DNA of 64,000 nucleotides from Mobula hypostoma (lineage: Eukaryota). Shown here one piece after another: positions 50,419-61,297 of the stretch (its first letter is position 1; the number at the start of each line of letters is the position of its first letter). The notes under the pieces were generated by a model. It worked only from the letters and a program-made list of their open reading frames with translations, was not told the origin of the DNA and did not search any database. Both the position numbers and the translations under genes were made by a program. The stretch lies in assembly GCF_963921235.1 (NCBI RefSeq), contig NC_086097.1, positions 113,214,001 to 113,278,000 on the forward strand, given 5' to 3'.

Positions 50419-51360
50419 ATAGTCATAGTCATAGTCATACTTTATTGATCCCGGGGGAAATTGGTTTTCATTACAGTTGCACCATAACTAATTAAATAGT
50501 AATAAAACCATAAATAGTTAAATACTAATATGTAAATTATGCCAGGAAATAAGTCCAGGACCAGCCTATTGGCTCAGAGTGTCTGACCCTCCAAGGGAGG
50601 AGTTGTAAAGTTTGATGGCCACAGGCAGGAATGACTTCCTATGACGCTCTGTGTTGCATCTCAGTGGAATGAGTCTCTGGCTGAATATATTCCTGTGCCC
50701 AACCAGTACATTATGTAGTGGATGGGAGACATTGTCCAAGATGGCATGCAACTTGGACAGCATCCTTTTTTCAGACACCACCGTCAGAGAGTCCAGTTCC
50801 ATCCCCACAACATCACTGGCCTTACAAATGAGTTTGTTGATTTTGTTGGTGTCTGCTACCCTCAGCCTGCTGCCCCAGCACACAACAGCAAACATGATCG
50901 CACTGGCCACCACAGACTTGTAGAACATCCTCAGCATCGTCCGGCAGATGGTAAAGGACCTCAGTCTCCTCAGGAAACAGAGACGGCTCTGACCCTTCTT
51001 GTAGACAGCCTCAGTGCTCTTTGACCAGTCCAGTTTATTGTCAATTCGTATCCCCAGGTATTTGTAATCCTCCACCATGTCCACACTGACCCCCTGGATG
51101 GAAACAGGGGTCACCGGTGCCTTAGCTCTCCTCAGGTCTACCACCAGCTCCTTAGTCTTTTTCACATTAAGCTGCAGATAATTCTGCTCACACCATGTGA
51201 TAAAGTTTCCTACCATAGCCCTGTACTCAGCCTCATCTCCCTTGCTGATGCATCCAACTATGGCAGAGTCATCAGAAAACTTCTGAAGATGACAAGACTC
51301 TGTGCAGTAGTTGAAGTCCGAGGTGTAAATGGTGAAGAGAAAGGGAGACAAGACAGTCCC
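50419..51360 (-). mobile_element. Young 5'-truncated Rex1/Babar LINE
   Basis: Uninterrupted GTVLSPFLFTIYTSD..KFSDD..RKSFLPVAIKLYN, with a (CTATGA)n tail. Confidence 0.92.
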
Positions 51361-51399
51361 CTTTCCCCTAAGCATTCCCCTAAGCATTTGTTCTATCAA

Positions 51400-52562
51400 C
51401 CTGTATCTAATTTGTAGCCATTTCATAAATGTCAGTGCTATACCTACCACATTGCCAACAAGATGTCAAAAACAGTCCTGCCAAAGTTTTACCAGCATGT
51501 CAACTTCACAGCTAGAGGAGAGAAGCTATTAGACTTGGTTTATACCAATGTTCATGTAGCCTACAAGGTGATCCCCCACTCTCACCTCACATATTCAGAC
51601 CCCATATACAGTTTGATAATCCCGGCCTACAGACTACTAGTTAAACCAGTCAAACCAGTTCTCAAGGGAGATAGGGATTTAGCCAGAAGGTGCCACTCAG
51701 TGCTGCAGGGCTGCTTCCAAAGCACGGACTGGTTCATAGTCAGGGAAGCGGCTACTTATGATCATCATGTCAATATTGATGAATATGCTGGATCAGTGAC
51801 TGGCTACATAGAGGACGTTACCGCAAACCAGAAACCATGGCTGACTGCAGAGGTTCGTGTACTGCTTAGTGATCGGGACGTTGCCTTCAGATCGGGGGAC
51901 AGTATGACTCTAAGGTCAGGAAGAGCTGCTCTTTCCCTGCCATCAGGAAGGCTAAATGTGAATACACACAGAAAATCCACAGGCACCTTTGTTACACCAG
52001 GGACACACAGCAAAAACGGCAAGGTACACAAACCAATAACTGATTATAAGTCCACACTACGCATCAAAGACAGAGACACCTCCCTTCCTGATAGGCCAAA
52101 TGCTTTCTATGCAAGATTTGACCAATTGAATGATGTGACCGAGGAAAGCCCCATCTCTTCCTGAGAAACAGGCACCCTGTTTGCCCGCAGCTGAGGCGAG
52201 GAGGGTAAACCCACACAAAGCTGCAGGGCTGGACAACATACCTGGTCAGGTGGTGAGGCTGTGTGGGACAGCTAACAGAGGTCTTAACGAAGGGTCTCGG
52301 CCTGAAACGTCGACTGTACCTCTTCCTAGAGATGCTGCCTGGCCTGCTGCGTTCACCAGCAACTTTGATGTGTGTTGCTTGAGGTCTTAACGTACAGCTT
52401 TAATATCTCTCTGAAACAAACCACTGCCCCTACAGCCTTCAGAGTAGCCACCATCATTTTGGCACCCAAGGGAGCAGCGGTAAATGGCCGAAACTATTCC
52501 ACCCAGTAGCACTGACTTCAACAATCAGGAAGCGCTTTGAGCAGCTGGTAAAGGATCATATA
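51400..52562 (+). mobile_element. Decayed Rex1/Babar fragment (APE to RT start)
   Basis: Motifs FYQHVNFTARGEKLLDLVYTN, NQKPW, NAFYARF and KAAGLDNIPG. Confidence 0.85.
52290..52380 (+). mobile_element. 91-bp Penelope pLTR fragment
   Basis: Matches the reverse complement of about 45197-45287. Perfect 12-bp duplication GAGGTCTTAACG at 52278-89 and 52381-92. Confidence 0.9.
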
Positions 52563-52714
52563 AAATGTTGTGTGGGTGCACCATGGTCTGGAGGGATGTT
52601 GTTTCATTTGGTTGTATACTATGATGTACAGTCAGATGGCATTACACTTGAACTTAAGATTTATATATATTATTTTTTTTCTTTTTTTTAGATAAGTAGG
52701 GGAAAAAGAGAGGA

Positions 52715-54060
52715 AAAATTACTGAGGTAGTGTTCATTGTCCATTCAGAAATCTGATGGAGGAGGGGAAGAAGCAGTTCCTGAATCACTGAGTGTGTGCT
52801 TTCAGGCTCCTGACCTTCCTTCCTGATGGTTGCAATGAGAAGAGGGCATGACCTGGGTGTTGGGTGTTCTTAATGATGGATGCCACATTTTTGAGGCATT
52901 GTCTTTTGATGTCCTGGTTGCTGGGGACGCTAATGCCCATGATTCACACAGGTGTACTTTTGTTCCCCCTTTCAAAGCAACCATAAAAGGCATTGAGCTC
53001 ATCCGAGAGTGAAGCATCACAGCCGTTCACGATGCTAGGTTTCAGTTTGTAGGAAGTAATTGTCACCAGGTTCGGATATGGCCCAAGTGTGGAGTGAGAG
53101 ACACTGAAGAGGGTCCATAGTTCACAGACTTTAATGCGGGAAGTGTTAAAGGGGAAAGAAAGCAATAAACGCTAAGACAAACAGGGCCGCTAACTAAAAT
53201 TCTCAAAAGGAAAAGCGAACCTTATACTGCGGCTGAAAAGAACAATTAAAATATAAAACAAATACCACTAGTCTTTAGAGTCAGTTGACTCGACAGTCCA
53301 ACTTCTCAGGCAAGGCAGAATGCAAACAGGCAGCGAAGCATCGCTGTGCTGTGTCCAAGTCTCGACAAGCACTATGACGACAAGTATGGAGTTAAGTACT
53401 ATCACAATGAAATAATAATTAGCTGACACGTGCATACTCACAAGCACAACTGTCATATCTACTGTGCTGTCGAATCCGTGTATGTGACAGGAATGGCCTG
53501 CAAACCCTGGCAGTGCTGACATGCATCCAATTCTGTCTCTAATCTCAATTGGAATTGTTTTCTCATCCTTAAAATAGCCTGCAGTGCCGTACATAAAATA
53601 AATAATATTATATATATATGAAATATAATACATATAATATGATTATATATATGTGCAAAAAGAGAACAAATATAGTGAGGTAATGCTCATGAGTTGATTA
53701 TCTGTTCAGTAATCTGATTGTAGAGGGGAACAAGCTGTTCCTAAGATGATGAGTGTCTGTCTTCAGGCAACTTTACCACCTTCCTGATGGTATTAATGAG
53801 AAGAGGGCATGTCCTGGTGGTGAGGGTCCTTAATAATGGATACCACCTTTTTGAGGCATCACCTTTTGAAGATATCCTTGACTATGGGGAGGCCAGTAAC
53901 CATGGAGATAGCTTAGTTTACAACCCTCTGCAGCTTTTTCCAATCCTCCATACTAGACAGTGACGCAGCCAGTTTGAATGCTCTCCATGGTACATCTGTA
54001 GAAATTTGCTGCTACAGCATTTGGTAACATAACAAATCACCTCAAACCCCTAATGAAGTA
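52715..54060 (-). mobile_element. Rex1/Babar fragments interrupted by a solo LTR
   Basis: Peptide DASLSDELNAFYGCFE, with Rex 3'-UTR homology. Confidence 0.7.
53061..53489. mobile_element. Solo LTR (429 bp)
   Basis: TGTCAC...GTGACA termini and a 5-bp TSD GTAAT/GGAAT (one mismatch). Confidence 0.8.
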
Positions 54061-54546
54061 CAGTATGGTCTCTTTGAAACAATAATATATTTAAAAATGA
54101 TATTCATTAATTAATGCCTTCAGGAGTTTAAGAGCACCATAAGGGTTAGGAAATACAAAACAAATTTTCATCTTCATTTAAGTGCTTAGAAAATTTAATA
54201 AGGTAGAAATTCAACTTCTGCCAACAAGTAGTCATTACAATATTGGACAACTGGGACAACCATATCTTGGGAGGGAAGTATAAAAGGGTAAAGTAGTACC
54301 TATTAAGTAGAACTGTTGACCCCTGCATCAATTAAGTGCTCACAGCCAAGGGTGACTTTCTACCCCCAGTATATTAGAGGTATCCTTTAAACAAGAAAAT
54401 TGGTGCAAAGACAAAGATAAATGTAATCATTTGAATTTTGAGCCTCTCAGAAATATTTCAAAACTCATCATTTGTAAGGGATTAGTCAGAGTGACAGGCC
54501 TATGATTTAAAATAGGATTGTGGCTGCTCTTCTATCATAAATGGCT

Positions 54547-54712
54547 TTTTCCTGACTAGAATTTCCAAGTCAAACCTACGGCAACATTATGACCAAAGGC
54601 TACTTCTAAGCCTTTGATTCCCAAAACAATTTTCCTGACTAGAATTTCCAAGTCAAACCTACAGCAACATTATGACCAAAGGCTACTTCAAAGCATTTGA
54701 TTCCCAAAACAA
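54547..54712 (+). repeat. 83-bp tandem duplication (2 copies)
   Basis: TTTTCCTGACTAGAATTTCC...GATTCCCAAAACAA repeated with 3 mismatches. Confidence 0.95.
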
Positions 54713-55104
54713 TTTGACAGGTTGACGTCAGAAAACACAAGTACCATTGGCACTCGCCTATACTATTTCAGCGTTCTTACTTCCTTGTCTTAAAATATAT
54801 TCTTTATGTATCTGTCAGCATCCACTATTGCCGCCTATTCAAGAGTTCACAGCATCCTTTACTATTTGTAATATAACTCAATTGTTTGCCCTTGGGCAGA
54901 TACCATCCCTTTTAATGCAAATGGAAGGCCATCTTTCAGATCATTATTTCCACTGAAAATCGTCTGTTGCTTTTGCACAAATCTGGATTGCTCTATTGAT
55001 TAAACGCTACTAATACCACTATCGTTTTTTGCCCTTAGGAGACATTTCAGAGGGATGTTAGATACCAGTTCCTTAGTGAGCTTAGTAATGTATTCCTCAA
55101 AGAG

Positions 55105-55412
55105 GATCACAACCTTGTTGTAGGGTTTGGAGGCTTGCGTGCCTCAGTGACCCCAAGAGCTATGATGGCTGGAGTCAGGGCTTTAAGCTTACCCATGTCA
55201 CAGAGGTCAAAGGGTAGAGGCTGGTCCACCAGTCCTCCCGGTCACAGTGTTTAGCTCAGATCTAACGACCCTGACTGGTCAAAAAAATTGTTACAGAAGC
55301 AGCAATGAAGAATCCTTCTATATCTGTATGCAACGGTATAAGCTCAAGGACAGACAAAGATGGAGGACCTTCATTGCTGCCTTAAACACCAGCAGTGTCA
55401 CGGGCAGTAACT
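55105..55412 (+). mobile_element. Short RTE-derived element (5' UTR-like head joined to a 3' tail)
   Basis: Head CCTTGTTGTAGGGTTTGGAGGCTTGCGTGCCTCAGTGACCC resembles RTE 5' ends. Tail GACAGACAAAGATGGAGGACCTTCATTGCTGCCTTA resembles an RTE ORF end (DRQRWRTFIAAL). Confidence 0.5.
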
Positions 55413-56433
55413 AACAGAATGTTTCCCTTGCTAAGGAGTCTAAAAATATGGCTCAAGTTTCAAAATAAGCCATTTAGAACTAAAGTGAGAGATATCTTCA
55501 TTAAAAGGATGCTGAATCTTTGGAATTCTTTGTTCTGGTGGGTTGTAGAGGTTGAATCATTACTGTATCCAAAACAGAGATCATTAGATTTTTGAATATT
55601 GGAAGAATCAAAGCACATGGGGTTATGGCAGTAAATAGGTGTTGAGATAGTTTAACCATGATCTTTAAAGATTAACTTTACTTGTCACATGTACATCGAA
55701 ACATACAGTGAAATGTGTCACTCTGCATCAACAACCAGCACAGTCTGAGGTAGTGTGGAGGTCAGCCTGCAAGTGTCGTCACACGGCCAGTGACAACATA
55801 GAATGCCCACAACTCAATGAACCTAACCATATATCTTTGGAATTTGGGGGGGAAACAGGAGCACCTGGAGAAACCTACATGGTCACGAGACAGAATCAAA
55901 TTGCAATCGGTGATCAGTGGCGCTACAAAGCCGTGTCACTAAGGAGTACCTGTACTCCTGTTTCTTGAATTCTTACAACTTCAGCTCAGTCTTCAGGCAG
56001 CCATTTGGCTTCTTTGGGTAGATATGCTATCAGATAATAGAGATCATTCAGTTTAATAAATCTGCCGTAAATTGATGTTACTCACATTTAAAGGAGGCAT
56101 TCACTTAACGCTTGAAATAAAGGATCTCGTGCTTATTTTGAAGACCCCACTGCATTATTTGTGAATCAAACTTTTGACTCATTTGCATTTGGAATGCAAA
56201 CCTTTGATCAGCAAGAGTGAGCTTATTGGTCTCAGGCTATAACCCAGAACAGCTACTCCGGTCTTGCTCGTGATCATAACTCGAGATCTTCAAACACACT
56301 CTCCTTTTTTCACCCTGTGTCTCCCAGTCTCCTCTCTCAAGCCTCGATCACCATGTATTCCTTCTCATCTCTCTTTGTGACCCAGTTTCCAAAGCACAGT
56401 CCCACTTGTTTGAGTGTACCTGATATCACTCAC

Positions 56434-56472
56434 TTCTTTGTTAGCAAGCTCCAATATTGTGTTATCATAAAG
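56434..56472 (-). CDS. Candidate 39-nt internal host exon (LYDNTILELANKE)
   Basis: Acceptor actttcag| and strong donor GAA|gtgagt, phase 0-0, in unique flanking sequence. Confidence 0.5.
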
Positions 56473-56825
56473 CTGAAAGTTCTACATCTGGAAAGCTCCA
56501 AATACTGCGGCACGGTAGGACAGGAAGGATGCGCTGATGAACTACTGGGATTAAAATCCAAGCCAAAAGTCCAGTGTAAAATATGTATGATATCAAAAGG
56601 AGGACATTTAGGACCGCTTTTGATTCCAGGGAAATCAATCCTACGAGGCTTTCTCATAATTTAAATTGACCTCCAACAATGCTGAATTTTTTCAGTGTAA
56701 TAGAGACATGAATTGGATAGTTGTGTCTCCCATGATTATTCCCATTCAACTTCTTTAAGGTGCACCCTTGAGTCCAGGCTCATTTTCCATTACAATTCCT
56801 TGGGTTCTGACATGACTGAACTTCC

Positions 56826-57436
56826 ACATTGCTGCCATCAGGAAGGAGGTACAGGACCTTCACGACTCACACCACCAGGTTCAGGAGCAGTTATTACCCC
56901 TCAACCATCAGGCTCTAGAACCAGAGGGGATAACTTCACTCAACCTCACTCACCCCCAACACTGACCTGTTCCCATAACCTATGGACTCACTTTTAAGGA
57001 CTTTTCATCTCATATTTTCAAATATCATTGTTGAAAGATCAAAGTAAATTTATGATCAAAGTACATATATATCTCCATATACAACTGGAGATTCATTTTC
57101 TTGCGGGCATACTCAATAAATCCAATAACCATAATAGAATCACTGAAAGACCACACCAACTTGAGTGTTCAACCAGTTTGCAGAAGACAACCAACCGTGC
57201 AAATAAAAAAGAAAAAAATAATAATAATAAATAAATAAGAAATAAAAATCAAAAATATGAGATGAAGAGTCCTTGAAAGTGAGTCCATAGGTTGCTTTTT
57301 TGTATTTGCACAGTTTGTTGTCTTTTGCACACTGGTTGTTTGTGTGTCCTGTATGCAGTTTCTAATTGATTGTATTGTATTTCTCTGCATTTACTGTGAA
57401 TGCCACAAGAAAGTATGTCTAGTACTTTGATAACAA
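56826..57436. mobile_element. Rex 3' end (+) with a nested inverted Rex-tail fragment
   Basis: CTGCCATCAGGAAGGAGGTACAGG..CCATCAGGCTC, with an inverted tail at about 57035-57295. Confidence 0.7.
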
Positions 57437-57444
57437 ATGACGAT

Positions 57445-58170
57445 GTGTGGGATCAGCAGACTCTGCCACAGGTGGGACAAGTGGAGCTTGGGTTGGGTTG
57501 ATTGGATTATTATGGACTCCTTACATTGTTGACACTTTGCCTCGATGTACTCCCAGAGACTCAAATTGCGTGGCACTTCCTAGATACCTCACCATCAGTT
57601 TGAGCAGGGATTCCCACAAGACGCAGAGCCTTAAAGGTTGCCATCTAGGCATTTTCTCTGTCCTCACATGAGGAAGCACAGAGTCGTACGAGCATCCGTT
57701 TCAGTAGTGTGAGCCCAGCATAATCATTGCTTTATTGCTGAGCATTTCAGCCTGAGAAAGGACACTGACTTAGTTCACCTATTCCTACAGTGGATTTGGA
57801 GGATTTCTGCAGGCAGTGTTAATAGCTCTCTAGTTTCTGATGTAACCAGCCAATTCTTCAGGAAAAGGTGACGAGCAAAATATTGCGTATAGCAGAAATG
57901 GAAATGGCAAAACTGTGAACCATCCTTGAAAGTTATCCCATCTGAAGAGCCCAATCAATCAATAAATCTATACTTTCTGGTAGTGGAAATTATGTCTCAT
58001 ATTCACTCCATCAAACACATGTAGGTTATCCAAGTCAAATACTGAAAAAAAGAGCTGGGATCACTGCTGATCACTGCCAAGTTCAGGTCCTGGTCTTTCC
58101 CTCAGCTGGACTGAAGCCATGCTGGTGAATAGGGGTGGTGGTGAATTTTATCATTGACATCTGTGTTCAC
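57445..58170 (-). mobile_element. Old RTE-like LINE remnant
   Basis: Minus strand resembles the RTE C-terminus (HCLQKSSKSTV-like decay of RCLRKILQI). Boundaries are approximate. Confidence 0.45.
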
Positions 58171-58185
58171 TGACAAGAATATACA

Positions 58186-60346
58186 AAGGCAAGGCAATGC
58201 AAGTTTATTTGTGTAGCACTTTTCAAACACAAGGCAGTTCAAAGTGCTTGACATAGAACAAGATAAAAAAATCAAACATCAAATTTCAGACAATATAAAA
58301 GAGAATAAAATCACAAAAAATAGATATGATAAATCGATTAAAAAAGGAATAAAAGTTATAATGCAGTATATTCTAATTAAAAGCTACAGGGAAAAGAGAA
58401 GACTTAAGCTTCGATTTAAAAGAGCTTAAAGTTGGGACAGACTTCAGATCCTCTGGAAGGTTATTCCAGATATGTGGAGCATAGTAACTAAAAGCAGCTT
58501 CACCATGTTTAGTTTGGACACTGGGGACGGTAAGCAGATCCACCCCAGAAGACCTTGCGAGCTTGGGAAGGTTTGTAATGCAACAAGAGATCAGAGATAA
58601 ATTGTGGCCCTAGACCATTCAGTGCTTGATAAACCAGTAGTATGATTTTAAACTCAGTCCTCTGATGGACAGGAAGCCAGTTTAGTGATCTGAGAACTGG
58701 GGTGATATGTTCTACTTTCTTGGTCTTAGTGAGGACTCCAGCAGCAGTGTTCTGAATGAGCTGCAGCTGTCTGAGATATTTTCTTGTTACAGTCATCAAG
58801 CCTACTAAAAATAAATGCATAGACGAGTTTTTCTAGATCTTGCTGAGACATAAGCCCTTTAACTCTCGCTAAATTTTTAAGGTGGTAGTAGACTGACTTT
58901 GTAGTTGTCTTAATGTGGTAGTTGAATAAGTCATCACAACACCAAGGTTTCTAGCTGGGTTTGTGATCTGTAATGACAGAGATTTTAAGTCTTTTAATCA
59001 TTCTTTTTTGGCACCAGAATTATCAACGCTGCCCTCAACCGCATTCCTTCCATTTCACACACGTCTGCTCTCACCCTATTCTCCCACCGCCCTACTAGGG
59101 ATAGGGTTCCACTTGTCCTCACCTACCATCCCACCTGCCTCCGTGTCCAGCACATAATTCTCTGCAACTTCCACCATCTCCAATGGGATCCCACCACCAA
59201 GCACATCTTCCCCCTCCCCCAACTTTCTGCTTTCCGCAGGGATCGTTCCCTACGTGACTTCCTTGTCCATTCATCCCTCCCCACTGATCTCCCTCCTGGC
59301 TCTTGTCCTTGGAAGTGGAACAAATGCTACACATGCCCCAAATAGTCCTTCCAGGTGAGGTGACACTTCACCTGTGGGTCTTTTGGGGTCATCTACTGTA
59401 TCCGGTGCTCCCGGTGTGGCCTCCTGTGTATTGATGAGACCAGATGTAGATTGCGAGACCACTTCGCTGAGAACTTACGCTCTGTCTGCAAGAAAAAGTG
59501 AGATCTCCCAGTGACCACACATTTTGATTCTACTTCCCATTCCCATTCTGATATGTCTATCCACGGCCTCCTCGACTGTCGCAATGAGGCCACACTCAGG
59601 TTGGAGGAGCAACATCTTAAATTCCGTCTGGGTAGCCTCCAACCTGATGGCATGAACGTCAATATCTCGAACTTCTGGTAATGACCCTGCTCCACCCCAA
59701 CCACCCCCCTCCTTCAACATTCCCCATCCCCCTTTTCCCTCTTTCACCTTATCTCCTTGTCTGCCCATCTCTGGTGCTCCGCCCCCCTTTCTTTGTTCCA
59801 GGGCCTTCAGTCCTGTCCTATTAGATTCCCCTTTCTCCAGCCCTGTATCTCACCAATCAATTTCCCAGCTCTTTACTTCACTCTCCCCCTCCGGGTTTCA
59901 CCGATCACCTTGTACTTCTTCCTCCCCTCCCTCCTCCTTTTAACTCTACTCATCTTTCTTTCTCTCCAGTCCTGCTGAAGGGTCTCGGCTGGAAACTTCG
60001 ACGGTACTCTTTTCCAAAGATGCTGCCTGGCCTGTGAGCTGCTCCAGCATTTTGTTTGTGCTGCTTAGATTTGCAGCATCTGCAGATTTTCTCTTGTTTA
60101 TCTCAGTTTTCTCTTCATTGAAGTGGAGGAAATTTTGGCTCATCCGATTGGTGATTTCTTCCATACAGTTTTTTATGATTGTATGGGACCATGGTCACTT
60201 GATAGCACCGTTATATAAATCTGAGTGTCATCCACAAAATTAAGTGAAGATATTTTGTTGCTTACCATGATTTGAGCTAGAGGGAGCATGTATACGTTAA
60301 ACAGAAGAGGGTCTAGTATGGAAGTTTGAGGCACTCTGCATGATAT
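58186..60346 (-). mobile_element. L2 LINE 3' part, interrupted by a Penelope element and cut by the Gypsy LTR
   Basis: Peptides LQLIQNTAAGVLTKTKKVEHITPVLRSLNWLPV and VPQTSILDPLLFNVYMLPL..FVDDTQIY. (GCCTT)n-like tail at about 58186-58200. Confidence 0.88.
59021..60099 (+). mobile_element. Decayed Penelope 3' fragment (GIY-YIG + pLTR)
   Basis: Homologous to 45172-46300 in the opposite orientation, with a degenerate hammerhead at 59967-60004. Confidence 0.88.
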
Positions 60347-61198
60347 TGTGACAAGAATACACATAGATTAAGATGTAGCTGGCCTGGGCTGGCACCAGTG
60401 GAATCAGCAGTTGGTCTGCCACCTGTCTTCAGGAGCGAGAGAGATAAGGAAAACAATGGAGCAGCATTTGGAGATGTTAATGAAGGAAGGAGAGCTGTCA
60501 AGATTGGCTCCCCCTTTGAACCCTGAACTGTTTGAAGTGATGGACAGGCGATACCCCAGCAGGGGGATAAAAAGGGACAGGTTCGCTAAGGCAGGACACA
60601 CACACGACACCCAAGGTAACAAGATCCTGGAAGCGGTGCGTCTCTCACAAGTCGGTGGGAAGTATCGGGCCATAGACGCACAGGGTGGAAAGGTACGATC
60701 GGCGGGAACCTGGTGTGTGTCCACCCTTGCCTGGGTGCCAGGTTCACCGCAGGGAAACAATCGTACCTGGAAACGGAGGGGTCACGGTCGGTGACCTCAG
60801 ATGACATCACAAAGGACTCGCCCGAAAGCTGACTGCGAAGGTCTGTGTGGAAGCCTTTAATATTCATTCATTTTGCTCTCTCTCTCCTTCCCCCACACTG
60901 TCCATCTCCCACGGCAGCAATTACTGCGAACCGAACTGAACTAAATTGAACTGAACTTTGCGTCACTTTGAAACTGGTCATTTACCCCTAGACAACGATA
61001 GAGCTTGATTGATCCTGTTATCTTAATTCTGTGTACATGTGTGTTTATCATTGCTGAACTGTTGCATTTATTATCCTTTTGATTAGAGTACTGTGTTGCT
61101 TGTTTCTTTAATAAAACTTGCTTAGTTCTAGTAATCCAGACTCCAACTGAGTGATCGATTTCTGCTGGTTTGGCAACCCAGTTACGGGGTACGTAACA
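60347..61198 (+). mobile_element. 5' LTR of a Gypsy element (852 bp)
   Basis: TGTGAC...GTAACA termini, AATAAA at 61110-15, followed directly by a PBS and gag. Confidence 0.9.
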
Positions 61199-61202
61199 TA
61201 AG

Positions 61203-61221
61203 TGGGGTTCTCGTCCGCGAT
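61203..61221 (+). promoter_or_regulatory. Primer-binding site, tRNA-Pro-like
   Basis: TGGGGTTCTCGTCCGCGAT compared with the canonical tRNA-Pro PBS TGGGGGCTCGTCCGGGAT, 4 nt after the LTR. Confidence 0.75.
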
Positions 61222-61297
61222 TTTGAACGCTAAATTTGGGACGGAGTAAATTGATTGGGTCAAAATTCCCGAAAGAAAGAAAAGACAAACAGCAGAA

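Noticed and set aside
56430..56657. 75-aa ORF MRKPRRIDF... as a gene
   Set aside because: No recognisable motif. The splice signals better fit the 39-nt exon in another frame.
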